Positions 12,601 through 25,314 of a stretch of DNA of 64,000 nucleotides are shown piece after piece. Position numbers and translations under genes: made by a program. Positions within the stretch are counted from its first letter, which is position 1. Every line of letters begins with the position of its first letter. This stretch comes from Bilabrum cf. latius (Eukaryota): the NCBI GenBank assembly GCA_965178125.1, contig OZ237740.1, positions 1,178,001 through 1,242,000 of the forward strand, given 5' to 3'. Under the pieces are notes generated by a model. The model was given only the letters and a program-made list of their open reading frames with translations. It did no database searches and was not told the origin of the DNA.

Positions 12601-13270
12601 GCGCGAGGGCGACGGGGACGGGGACGGAGGGCCTGTGGAGCACGAGGGGGGCGAGGGCGAGGAGGAGGCTGCGAGGGCTGCAGGGGAGGGCGCGGATGGC
12701 GGCGGCGTTGCGTCCGCGGAGCTGTACCAGTACGGCCCCAACGTGCTGCGGGCGTCCGAGATCGTGAGGACGGACCCGGTCACTGGGGCCGGTGGCGGTG
12801 GCGAGGCCCAGGCTCGGGGGGGCCAGCAGGACGGCCCGGGCCCGGGCGGGCGAGACGGTCAGGGACCGCAGTCATAGGCGGTGCGAGCGGCTCTGCGGGG
12901 CGTCCCTGGCACCGGCGCGGAAGGGGCCGTGGACGTGGACGGCGTCATGGAGGGTCTGGGGATGGGGGCCGGGGCCGGCCTGGACATTGGGATCGACCTG
13001 GACGACCCCTTGCTGCTCGAGACCCTGGGCGAGAGCGGGGCGCTCGGGGGGCCGGGGACGGCGGCCGCCGACCCTTCGTCCGGCGCGGGCGGGCCGGAAC
13101 CGGCGGCCTCGGCCGGGCAGAATGGTGCCGGCGGCGGCAGCGGCGGCGGCAAGACCCTCACCAAGAAGCAGATGAGGAGGCAGATGCAGGCGGAGAGGAA
13201 GCGATCCAGGGCAAAGAAGGGCAAGCGCGACCCGGACCCGTACGGTACGCAGATCGCTGACTGGGAGTGA
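9608..13270 (+). CDS. LSG1: Large subunit GTPase 1 (circularly permuted GTPase), intron 9745-9837, ~1,189 aa with large acidic/Gly insertions
   Basis: Motifs LASVTAVTDLDEFISAAE, FLQWRRAL, TPFERNLHVWRQLWRVIE, QIVDARHP, NKSD, GMVGYPNVGKSSVIN, TPGKTKHFQT and LCDCPGLVFPSF. One frame broken only by TAG (including 9947, 10754, 12875); stop TGA. Confidence 0.93.
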
Positions 13271-13484
13271 CAGACAGAGAGGGGCGTCAAGGTGTGGTGC
13301 CTGCACTCGGACGGCGTGCCTGGCCGGGTGGCGGTGGTGGCGCTTGCGTGAGACAGTCCGTGTTGAATCGCAGCAAAGTCTTACAAGGTGTGGATTGCAA
13401 CTCGTGACTGTGGTCCTAATGTATCGTTTGTTCCACCATAATTGTGTAAGGCAGCACTATTAAAGTAGGATAACAAAGCCCGGT

Positions 13485-15419
13485 TTACGTCCACCCCAAC
13501 TCTTGCGCAATGTGGGCGAGGGACGCGGCCACGAGAGAGGCGGTGAACTGCTGGTACCCTCCCGACAGAGTGACCGCTACTGGGATGCGGGGACGTCCCG
13601 CCTGCACCCAGACCGGGCCTAGCACCTCGTCCAGGTCAGCCGAGCCGTTGCGCGCCATTTCCTCGAGCCGCGGACCCACGACACCGCACGCCTTGCACAC
13701 GAGGAGGTCTCGCTCGATCACGTACTAGGGCCGCACGGAGAGCCCGGACAGCGGGTCACCGAGCAGGATGTCCGTGCCCGCGTTGTACAGCACGAGGTCT
13801 GGCCTGGCCTTGCGTATGATCTTCGGGAGCTCTTCCGCGAGAGTCTTCAGGTACGACTCCCCGGACTCGCCCGGCAGGATGGGGATGCTGCTCGCTGCAG
13901 CCGTCTCGGCCAGCGCGTCCTGGGGAAAGATCCCCGGCCGGAAGGCGTCCATGATCCACACGGCCCCGCTGCCGGTGCCGCTGGAGCCAGCAGTCGGGGC
14001 ATCGGCCGGTAGGTCGCCAGTTGCGGCCCCCGTCTCACCGTCGCGACTTTGCCGCCGCTGCCGCCGCCTCCGGTCCAGCCTCCTCAGCTCGAACCGGGCC
14101 CGCCTCTCCTCCTCGGAGGAGAAATCGTTCTCGTGGCCGTCGCCTTGGTGGGCGTCCAGGTCGATGATGAGGACCCTCCTCGCGCCCATGGGCACGTCCC
14201 ACGGCCACTGGGTGCATCCTTCCTCAGCGATGCGTTGGCTGGCTTCGCTCGACGATCCGGTCGGGGGAACCTGCCGTTGGCTCGAGGGTGCGTCTCTGCT
14301 GCGAGTGCGGCGCCTGGGCTTGGGTGCGAGTTCGTCTCCTGCAGTCCCCCTCAGCAGCTCGTCCCCCGCACCCGCCCCACCTGCGTTCGGCTCGCGGTCT
14401 CCTTCCGTGCCTGTGCCCGGGGCTGACGCGTGTCTTGCTGACTCGGCACCTGCTGCTCCCATCCGTCGCCCGCTGCTCCCGCCATGCTTCGAGCCCCCCT
14501 CCTGTGCACCCTCAGATTGTTCCTCGGCTCCGAGTCCACCCCCCCCCTCGCCCTCGCCCTCGTCGACCCACCGCAGCGGCCCCAGGCTGCCCTCCCCCCA
14601 CTGCCCGAACGCCCCCAGGCTCACCCTCGCCGCCATGGTCAGGTCGTTGAACGCGCAGAACCCATGCCCACCCTCTGCAGAAGCGTGGTGGAACCCCCCG
14701 CCGAGCACCACGCCAAAGCCCGTGCGCAGGGCCAGCTGCGCCGCCAGCAGGGTGCCCCTCGTCTGCAGCAGCATGGGCCTGAGGGCACGCCAGCGGACGG
14801 CGCAGCCGGGGAGGATGCACAGCGGCAGTTCCATGACCATCGAGGCGCGGTAGGAGTACCCCACGCAGGCGAGGTACGAGGCCAGCTGGGTGGACGCCTG
14901 CTCTCTGGGGGAAGGTTCCCTGCCGGGGGTCACGACCACCACTGGCACCGGCGCGAGGCCCGAGCTGCGGGCCGCGCCGCAGCTGCTCTCGCCGCTGGGC
15001 AGCTCCAGGGCGGGCGGGTCCCGGGCGGTCCATCCTTCGACCGCCCATTGCGCATGCCGCACGGAGCGCACGAGCTGCTCCCGGAAGGCCGCCGCGCCCG
15101 CGTGCTCGCCGAGCGCCCCACGCAGCATTTCCATGGCTCGCCCGTACTTGGTGGAATCGAACGGATGCAAGCGTTCAAGCCCCCCAGCAGTGATATTGAA
15201 CGAATCAGAATAGACGAGAAACGGAAGCTTGGCGGCCTACCCGTCCCTACTTGAACCAGCGTGAGAAGAAGATGCCGTAGCGCGGGCCCAGGACAATAGC
15301 TCGGGAACGGTCCCGTTCCCAGCATCGAGCGGCGGCGTGGGATGCATGGGCCTTCGAACACGGATCGATCGTTTCAATGCGGCCAGCTTGCTGGAATCTG
15401 CCTGCAAGAAAGGGGCCAT
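13485..15419 (-). CDS. HDAC11: Class IV histone deacetylase (HDAC11-like), ~644 aa
   Basis: LVYSDSFNITAGGLERLHPFDSTKYG matches the HDAC11 N-terminus. Also GGGFHHAS, GHGFCAFND, IIDLDAHQGDGHE, YNAGTDILLGDPL and LSGGY. In-frame TAG at 15237 and 13725; stop TAA. Confidence 0.88.
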
Positions 15420-15913
15420 AGCCGCGCGTTGCTAGGAGTGGTACTTGGGTGCGCCCGCGCTGCTGGTTCCTGGTGCTTCGGCTGGATCCCACCACGAGAA
15501 CAAAGCGTATTCCACGCAAAACAAACCATAGAAAGCCGCTAGCGGCGCGAGTATCCACAGTAGAATCGCTGCTGCAATCACTGCGGGGGTGGCAACGGGT
15601 CCCAGCGTGCAATCCATTCCAGAGCAAACAGAGACTCCGATCACAGCCCCAAGGCATCCAATATGAACCGTAAGCTGTGCGCATGTCACAGAAGGGAAGC
15701 ACCACGACATCGCCATGGCAAGCAATGTGCAAACGGTGCAACCGCACCAGTCTTCGTGGGCTGCTCCGGGTCGTGCGGCTGTGTGGCCAGCACATGTGCA
15801 TGCTTGCAGTCGCAAGGAGGCCAGCGAGGAACAGTAAAGGCGTGCACAAGACTTTGCTAATACCAGCAGTGAATGTCATGGCAAGGCAGTTCGTGCGAGC
15901 GGGAGGTGCTGGC

Positions 15914-18900
15914 TCAGCACAGCAGGCCGCCGCCACGGCCCGCCCCTCCCACGGATGCAATCTGCGCGATCGGCACGAGGCTGGGCCGCCCGTGCGCGCA
16001 CTGGAAGGGAAGTTGGCAGCTAGCCAGCTCCATGGCTAGCCCAGCCGCTTGCTTCCACTCCAGCGGGTCATAGAACTTCACCGCCTCCCTGCACGCGCGG
16101 GTGGCCAGGCACCTGTGCACCCCGGTGCTGGAAGCTCTCCCGGACCGGAACACGGCCAGCTGCTCCTCCTCGCCCAAAAGCTCCGACACGCCGACACTTC
16201 CGGAGCCCGTGCCAGCAGGACCATCGCCACCACCCCGATCCTGGCCCCGGCCCCGCCTCCGTCGAGCCGCCCACCGCGCGGCCTCCCGCTGCATCCCTCG
16301 CGCCATCTCGAGCAGGTCGTCCAGCACCAAGGCGCGGCCGAGCACCGACGGCGCCTGTCGCAGCCGAAGTACCGCTCCACTCGCCGGGTTACCCGATGGA
16401 ACGGCCAAGGACCGGGCCACCGAGTCCTCTGGGGGATCGCTGCGGATGCCGTGCTCGCCCGTCTGCAGGCCCCCTGCGCCCCACTGCTCCAGGCTGAACC
16501 GCCAGCCCCACCTCTGCAGGAATGGAGCCGAGACAGCGATCGCACGCCGGTCTGACTCGGAGATGCCCGCACATTGCTCATTGCGACTCTGCGTCGCGGC
16601 CCTGCGGCCGGCACCTGCGCCTGACTGCGGGGCAAGCACCTCCCGCTCCCCGCTGCCGAGGTGAAGCACGCGCGCCCTCGCGGCCTCGCTCCGATGGCGG
16701 TCGTGGCCCGAGGTAGACCCGGGGCACACGAACTGCGAGCGGAGGAGCTGCTGCAGCAGCTCCAGGCGAATTCGTTCATCGGCTGCGTGCTGGTCGATGG
16801 CCAGCAAGAGAGGCGCTGCCCAGCCGCTGGGGCTGCGTGCTGCCCGCTGGCGGTGCGGTCGTGATCGCGAAGAGGGCAGACCATTGCCATGCTGTTGCCC
16901 GGCTGTCGATTCGTCAGACTGAGCGGAAGGGGTGCCGATGCTGCTCCTCCGCTTGCGCTTCCCGCGGCGACTCTGCGCGTCTGCCTGGGGAGCCCCTCCA
17001 CCGGACGAGCCGCCTGCTGCTGCCCCGATAGAGAGCTCGCGCCCCTGCTTCAAAGCTCTTCCATGCGGGGGCGGCGGAGGCAGCCTGGACAGGTCCACCG
17101 GCGGACCAGGCACCAGAGCCAGGATGAATTTCCTGTCGAGCTGTGCAATGGGGCGGCACTGCGCAAGCATGTCGCGGGAGACTGCCACTCCGTGCGCGGG
17201 CAGGCAGTGCGTGGTCGCAGCAGGCTCCAATCGAGCTCGCCGCCTGACGACACAGGCTAGTCCCTTTCGTGCAACCGTGCTCCTACAAGCAAGCAGCCTA
17301 TTCGTGCGCGGTACGGAGCCGGCTCCACCAACTCGCTTCTAGCCGACACCACGTACTCCACCGCTAAAGTACTTACTCCGGGAAGCATCCATGGAGCCGG
17401 AGGCACGACCCGTCCCAGCTGGAACCGAGGCGCTCTGCTGAGGTGTGTGCGCCCCTGCCAGCGGAAGCATTAGCATGGGGCGACCGGTGGCGTCCCTTGC
17501 ACCTGAACCTAATGCTCGAGGCTGGCTGGCTAGGGCAGGCTGCCGCCGCACCATGCGCAACAACTCTGCCGATCCAACCGCGTGCAGACTTGGGTGGCTC
17601 AGCTGCCGAGGCATGCTATGCGGCACGAGCCCAGGCAGGGCGGCTGGTGCGCTCTGCTGCTGCGTGAAGGCGGGCATCTTCTGCGACGAGATGGACGCGC
17701 GGGGCGGCGAGACGCGCCCTGCTGCAGCATGCGCTGCTTCTGGTTGTCTGTGCGGCGGTGGTACCTCCTCCACGGGCCAGCTCGCCGCCGTAGACTCGGT
17801 ACGTCTTACCTTGCGAGCTCGCGCGAGGACGGAAGCGCCAACAGCTGCTGCGTCACCGGGCACTGCCAGCTGCACCTCCTCCCGAACGGACCGCAAGGCG
17901 GCTCCTGCTTTGGCAACCTCGCTCAGCTGGCCTGGTCTGCGGTCCAGTACCTCTGGGGGCATCGAGCGCCCCTCAAAGTAGTCCTGCACGCACTGCTGCA
18001 GCAGCCGTTTGACGGACTCTTCGTCTCGGAAGAGAACATCCGTCTTCTCCGGGTCTAGCGTCACGTCGTAAGAATCGCATGGGCACTCAAGCTCCAGCAC
18101 AAAGGCAAGGAAGCGACGCTTGAAGGCAATCGTGAGCGGAACACCGCCATCATCCACCGATGCACCAGCTGCCCCGCTCGGTAAAGACGGATTCGGCTCA
18201 CTCTCCCGGGCTGCACGGCGTCCGTGGCTCGCCAGCGGCACGCGGCTGATCCTCGCTCGCCCGTCGTCGGACACGGGGTGCAGGTACATGGCCGCCTGGT
18301 CCTGCGCCGCCTGTAGCAAGCGACGAAGGCCCCTGCAATGCCGACCGTTGACATACAGCAACTATCCGCTACGATTTGATGCGCCGATACCAAGCAAGCC
18401 GCCGATGCGCATGGCTGCGCATGAGTTGGTCGTCGTGCCGCTGCGGGATCCTCCGGCGCCTCGGTCTGCCCGCGGGCCAGAAGCAGCACTGCTTGCGGCA
18501 CCGAATCCACGGGTCAACAGGTCAGACCGCACGCACCGCATGCTTTCCGTAGCTTGGGAGCCCAGTATTCGTCTGGCAGTATGGATGGGGCTGTGCGTTG
18601 CTGGAAACCGGACCGCCTTGCTTGCCTTTCCGCCGTCCGCCTGCTAGAACGAGAAGGAGATGTGCGGCCGCGCGCAGGCAATACGTTCGATCCTATCAGC
18701 AGCTTGGCTGGTTGCCAAGGTCCACTGCTGCACCGTGCTGTTCCTCCGGACCGGCATGCTGTGGAATAGGCCGGACACGCGGACACAGCTGCCGCTCCGA
18801 CACCCCGCCAGGAGCCTGCCTGCTGCTTTTTCAGCGTCAACGACGAATGGCTATGATGTCATGCATCCATTTGCATATATCACTTGGTTGTACTCTTCGA

Positions 18901-19352
18901 ACGCTTCCGCTTTGGACGTAATGGCTGCCCCAGCGCTGCACGCCACGATAGACGCCAGTGCCTCCCCACGAAACCCCAAAGTGTCGGGCATGCGGCTAGC
19001 TGATGCCTATTTCGAGGTTGCATAGCGTTCAGCGGCACGGCTGAGCTCTTCTTTCCGGAAGCCGCAGCCGTTGTCGGTGCAAGACACGGAGATCACGCCG
19101 CCGACAGACAAGCTTGCAGCAACCACAATTCTGGTTGCCAGGCTGTCCACAGAATTGGTCAACACTGCAAATAAGAGTCAAGTACCAGCGAGCAAGCGTC
19201 TACGAAGTTAATTTCACGCTTCTACCGCTTGCTACTGCGAAACTTCTTGAGCGAGCACTCTCACATTCCTCAACGACCTACGCAAGGGTTCCGACTGCTT
19301 GCCCGGTCCGTACGACCTGCCTCTACCGGCTGGATAAATGAGAAATATTCAT
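15914..19352 (-). CDS. MLH3: MutL homolog 3 (mismatch repair / meiotic crossover endonuclease), intron 19165-19264, ~1,110 aa
   Basis: GHKL motifs VEELLTNSVDS, DNGCG, YATSK and LGFRGEALASI; middle region QLLYVNGR and YDVTLDPEKTDV; C-terminal DQHAADERIRLE, ACREAVKF and CQLPFQCAHGRPS. In-frame TAGs at 19323, 19278, 19007, 18851, 18644, 18362 and 17339; stop TGA. Confidence 0.9.
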
Positions 19353-19708
19353 GAGTCATCGAGTCCATGCGTGCTCATCGTATCTATGCAAATGCGCGCT
19401 CCGCGGTTCTACTGGTATCGTGCCGTGCAGTTGCCGCACTGCAACGCCGCCAACCATTTCAGATTCTTCGTCTTGTTGGATCGTGTCATCTGCTGAGCTT
19501 GCCATGCAGACCTTGCATCAAGACAATTATGATTGAATAGAGGCGACCTGCACGACGGCCGATTGCAGCACAGCAAAATCAAGAAAAGCAGCACTCAACA
19601 CCACATTCACATCAATCCTACCTACCCATTCTCATTTCGTTCCTCACAGGGAATTTATCACCGTCGCCAGCGCGTGTCAAACGACACATCCGGGGACAAG
19701 CACCAAGT

Positions 19709-22700
19709 TCATCGCTTCTGGAAGTCCAGGCTGTGCCCGAGGACCTGTCCAAGGATTTGGTACCCTACGGCGATCGCAATGATGGCAATGTAGTATTTCC
19801 AACGATCAGCGTACGTCGTGTCCACCAGCTGCTCCACGTACCCTTCTACGGTCTGCAGACGCTCAACACCATCGTCCAGCACCGTAATGGTGGGACAACC
19901 GGCGTCCAGGCGCTCCGCTTCGCTCGCGTCCGCCGCCGCATCGAAGCAGTGCGCCTGGTTCAGAGCCAGCGGCGCGTTGACAAGGAACAGTGGGTTCAGG
20001 TACGTGATCCACCTAAACGCGGGCCCGTAGTTCTGCACCCCGGACGTGAACACTCCGTTGAAGATGGTGGAGGCTAGCATCAGCTCGCCCACGAAGAACT
20101 CAGCCGTTTGCGAGTCCGGGAACGAAGCCGCGAAGAACTGCGACATCAGCGAGAGCCAGAGCCCCGTCAGAAACACGCACACAAGGGTCTCAAAGAACGC
20201 GCTGATCTGGTCAAACCGGAACCCGATGATGGCGTAGACCACCGGGGTGAACACCAAGCAGAGGCACCCGAGGTACACGATCTCTTTCAGCGACATGGTC
20301 ACATAGTATGTGGCCGTGTTGTACATGCCAAGCGACCGCTCCCTGTAGAAGATGGGCCTGAACTTGTAAAGCAGCACCACCTGCGTGGCCAGCGACAGCA
20401 CCCCGCTGGCGGACGCCATGCTCTGCAGGACGCCCACCATGGACAGGGCTCCTCCCTGGCTGTTCTCGTAGTTCAGTCCGTAGAACAAAAGGCCAAAGAC
20501 AAACCCCAGCATGATCAAGGTGGTGAACCGGGACCCGTTAAAGCCGAGGTCACGGTAGCTGTCCGTGAAGGTCCGTTCAAGGACTGCAAGGAACCTGGTC
20601 AGGTCACCGACCTTGGCGCTGGGGACAAGCTTCCGACCTCCCGCCATCGCGTGCGCAGTCTTGCTTCGGGTCAGGTCCCGGGTCAAGCTCACGTAAGCCT
20701 GGGAAGCCCGGAACGTCTCGTAGAGCAGGTGCGAGCTGGCCTGCATCCGCAGCAGCGAGGGGCTCGCGCCCTCTGCCCGCTCCTATGCATCGCCCTCCCG
20801 TCGAAGGGCAGGGAACAAGCCACCCTTGACGATGGCACTCACGCGCGCCCGCTCTGCCTCCAGCTCGTTCAGCATCCACGTGGCGGGGTTCACTCGGAGG
20901 GGGCGCGGCGACGTGGTGGGGTGCGCCTCGATGTGCCTAACGAGATCCTCGCAGCGGTGCCCGATCGGACCAAAGTACACCTGCCGCCCGCCCTTGGCCA
21001 GCAGCAGCAGGTCATCAAAGGCCGTGAACACGTCGTAGCTAGGCTGGTGGATCGTGCACACCACGGTGCGGCCTGTCTGTGCCACGTTCCGCAGCACGTG
21101 CATAACCTATACGGCAGATCTGGCGTCCAGCCCTGTGGTGGGTTCGTCCAGGAAGAGCAGGCTCGGGTTGGCAGCCAGCTCGCAGCCGATGCTCAGGCGC
21201 TTGGCCTCTCCCATTGCAAGCGATCCCGCGGGCCTGCCCCGGATCGAGTCCAGCTCCAGCAGCACCATCACTTCCTCCACAAAGGCCTTCCGCTGCTCTT
21301 CGTCGTTGGCCATGTCGGCGTCCAGCCGCAGCCTGGCAGAGAAATGCAGCGACTCCTCGACTGTGTACGTTGGCATATGCTCGTCCTTCTGCTCGCAGTA
21401 TGCGATCACCGAGGCCCGTTCCTTCTTAGTAGCCTGCTTGCCATTGAGCAGAACCACGCCGCTCTCCTTGCCCTGCGTCTTGCGGCCCGCCAGCACGTCC
21501 AGAAGAGTTGTCTTGCCGGCCCCCGAGGCACCCATGAGGCAAACCAGCCTCCTCGGCTTGGCCAACCCTGACACGCCCCTCACGAGCGGCAGCTCGGTCT
21601 CCGCGATGCTCGCGTGCGACACGGCGCGGGTCAGGTGCCCCCTGTGCCGGGGGCTCCTGAACCCGGTGGACGCCCGCACCACGTTGAAGGCGGCCATCCT
21701 GTCCACCTCTGACAGCATCTTCTTGGCGCGGTTGCCGTCAGAGGCAACAGAGACGGTGTAACGGATGTCGTCGAAGGCCAGCTCCACGGCCTGGCATCGC
21801 GATGAGGCGGCGTGGAAGCTGGAGTTCGGGCTGATGGCCTCTCGAGGGGTGTGCATCTGGGAGGGCTCATCGTCGGCAGCTGCCACGGAGCACTCTGCCT
21901 CAAGGTCGGCGGTTTCTTCTTCCAGAGTTACGTTCACCGCCATGGCATCGATCTCAGCCAGTGCAGCGGCGCTCTTCCCCTCGATGTCGGCCAGTGCAGC
22001 GGCGCTTTTCCCCTCGATGTCCCTGGTGCTGGGCCCCGAGGCAGCCGCCGCTTGCTTCTTCCACGAGCTGGATGACTTCAGAGAGGCCAGGGACTGCTTC
22101 CGCATGGAAGACCTCCTCCTCGAAAGCTCCCTGCGGATGCCCTCGTCGTGGATCCGCTGGGTGCCCGGCTTCGAGTCGAACTTGTGCCTAGCCAGCGCGC
22201 AGTAGGACAGCACGATCCCAAAGACGAACCAGGTCCCGAACAGGTACGCTATGCCGCCCCACATCCAGCCCTCGTGGGGCTCCCGCTGGATCTCAAACAC
22301 ATCCAAGAAGGCGTCTCGCTTAGAGGGGATGCTGAACCCCGCTGGGAGCGCCACAGAGGACCCGTTGGACATGGATCCTCCTGGCTGCGACAGGTTGGCC
22401 GCCAGCATGCCACTGCCCAGCTCAATGGGCTTGTCGTACCTGTCGGCGAAGAACTCGTTGAGCGCCAGGCTGCGGAGCGCCCAGCTGAGCGGGTTAAGGT
22501 AGTACAGCCAGCGCATGAAAATGGGGATGTGGGTTCGGGTCACCAGGAAGCCTGCCGTCAGCTGGAAGATGCCGACGAGGGAGCCTCCCAGGGTGTGCGC
22601 CACCTCAAAGGTCGGGGTAGCGTAGGTCAGCAGCCGGAACCAGCCCGACAGAGCGAGCTGTCCCCCGGACAGCACCATCCAGAAGACTAGGAAGCGCGAG

Positions 22701-24886
22701 AACTGGAGGGTGTAATCAGCCAGAAAGTACACGCACACGGTGATGCAAAGCGCGTTGATGATGGCGATGGGCGCGTGCACGAGGCACACCGACAAGATGT
22801 ACATGAAGTCGTCGAAGATGCCCGATCGAGAGAGCTTGTAGGCCGCTGCCCTTCCATCCATAGTTGCGTGCAGTTCCTGCAAAGGCATGGTTTGGAGAGG
22901 AGCAGGGCGGGGAACGGGTGCTCGGGACCGGGATCGGGCCGGGGCTGATGGCGAACCAGGAAAGGCACCGTGACGCGCTAGAAAGACGCTGAGTTTCATC
23001 TTCTCACCGAAAAATCGAACGAAACATGGACAACAACCATCGTAGCGAGCTGCGGGGGGGCAGAGAGCACACAGACAAGCCGCGTCGATGTCGAGTGTCG
23101 TTAGAAGCCCGCCAGAGGTGGTCGCAATCGCGGCAAAAAGAAATACCGAATGGAAGCGAAGGACCATCGCAACTCGAAAAAGCGGGACAGCGCGCGGACA
23201 AGCAGCGGCGAAGCAACGTATTCTCACGCCTAGTCTGGGGGCAAAGTTGTCCACGTCGGGCCGGAAGAACACCGCTCCGTAGATCAGCCCAAGCACGATG
23301 GACTCGAGCCATCGAACGTTCGTCAGCACGGGGTTCCGCAGAGTGAGGCTGGCCTGCCGGTACATCATGGAGGTGAAGCGCGACCAGCAGTTCACGCTGG
23401 CCCCGTCTCCGAACCGCTGCGACAGGAACCTGCTCGCCCGCAGAAAGACCCCCAGGTCGTCGAAGTCGGCCCCCGCTTCCTGCCCCTGGGGCAGCAGCCG
23501 CGCCCCAAGGGAGGAGCGGGCAGGGGAGGGTCTCTCCCTGTGTCTCCTAAAGGCCTCCGAGTGGTACCAGCCCTCCTTGCCAGTGGAGAGCTCTTCCGCC
23601 GAGGGCACCGCGCCCGTGTGGTGAGCGGGGATGGCCAGCGCCGGGTCTGTGACGAGTGCGGCCAGCCAGTCGGCGAAGTCGCCCTCCTCCGGTGCAGGGA
23701 AGCCCCTCCTCGCGAGGTTGTCCTCGAGCTCCTCCCTGGGCCCGTGGTAGATCACGTGCCCGTCGCTCAGGAGCACCACGTCGTCGAAGAGCGCGTACAT
23801 GCCCGGGGTGGCCTGCTTCAGCGCGAGCACCACGGTCGAGTCCGTGGATCTGGCGTACTCCTAGAGCCGGAGCACCACCTCCTCCGCGGCGGCGGCATCC
23901 AGCCCTGCTGTGATTTCATCCCCACAGAGCACGCGTGGCTCGGTCAGGAGCACCTCACCGAGGGACGCCCGCCGCATCTGGCCGCCGCTGATGCCTCGGA
24001 CTGTGGAGCTCCCCACGTTCGTGTCGGCGCATGCCTCCATTCGAAGCATCTTCAGCATCGCCGCGGCGCGACTGTCTGCTTTGAAGTACGAACGATCCTA
24101 TGGACTAGCCAAATCTTCCTAGATTGCGCCGAAGGTTGCTCCCGCGGCGAACTGCGGGCGGAAACTGACACGGAAGAATCGAGCGAGGGCTATTTCAGGT
24201 CGAATGCTGACTCAAGTGCCAGCAAGTTCGACGAACTCACTTCAAATATTTCTCTTGTAGACAGCATAGGCTCGTGGACGTCAGTCTGATCCACGTATGA
24301 GGCGATCCGCCGAGGGTCTGCGCCTGAGACGCGGCGCAGGTCCGCGGGATCGCGGTCATTGAACGCGACCTATCCCTCATCTGGTTCTTGCCGCCCAGAA
24401 ATGAGCTTCAAGAGAGTCGAAGACCCACCTCCGGGGTTGGCAAGCACGAGAGTCAGCGTCCCCGGCGTCAGTCGCACTGCGTGCTAGGACAGGTCACACG
24501 CAGGTGCTGGCATTAGTGGGGCGCATCACTCTACTGAGGCGTTCCGAAGTCAAAACTGTCTCACTCGATGTAGCTGATAGTACGTTAAAGCTAACGGGAG
24601 CCTCATCCCAGGCACCACACGACAGTGTGCTGCCAAAGAAGCTCAGCAGGTCGTCCGGCTGCTCTTTTTGCGCGTGTCTTTCCGCTTGAACGGCTGCAGA
24701 GCGCAAGTCAACGCGTATTCTCGGTCTTGCGCACTTTGATGCCAAAGTCTACGCATCTAAGTACCGTTTCCAGTCCGCTGGTGCTTCAGCAGCGCATTCT
24801 AAGCCAGGTGCAGCCCGAGATTGTCGGCTGGAGTGAAGCTCGGCATCGCCGCGAGATGCGTCGTGAACACCGGGGCTTCTTGCCAT
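19709..24886 (-). CDS. Full-size ABCG / pleiotropic drug resistance (PDR)-type transporter (NBD-TMD-NBD-TMD), about 4 introns
   Basis: NBD1: LTLVLANPGGGSST, YVDQTDVH, RGISGGQMRR, GDEITAGLD. NBD2: LMGASGAGKTTLLDVLAGRKT, FLDEPTTGLDARSA, VCTIHQPS. Two hydrophobic TMDs. In-frame TAGs at 24370, 24119, 24098, 23861, 21107 and 20783; stop TGA. Intron boundaries were inferred by eye. Confidence 0.88.
21958..22021. repeat. Two-copy 33-bp in-frame tandem duplication (DIEGKSAAALA) in the ABCG linker
   Basis: Direct duplication with one substitution, visible in both DNA and translation. Confidence 0.8.
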
Positions 24887-25314
24887 AGGATTCTAAACCA
24901 TGTGGTCTTCTTGCTATATTTTAATTGCATTGCTGAGATCAAGCTTTGGTATCGTCTGCATATTCAGGGAGAATGCCCCGACGTGGCGATTTCCGGCGCC
25001 GTCGCGCGAACTGGGCCGTTTTGGTCGCAACGCCGTGAAGTTGGCTCCGAGTTGGGTTGCGGCACATGCAAAAGTACATGCAGAATAAGATGTTGTACTC
25101 CATAAGCTGAGGTATGCATGGTACACTTGCGCCTCCATGCAGCATAGATTGCAGAAATCAGTCACTGGCAAGATAACATGGATATCGTGCTGCCAACTTC
25201 TATAAAGATGAAGACACAAAGTCGGAACACCTGGTGAGGCAAGCCAAAATGAGCGTGCATACAAAAGATAGCAACTTCCAACCAAACGTACATACCGTAA
25301 GAATCCTGCCAACA

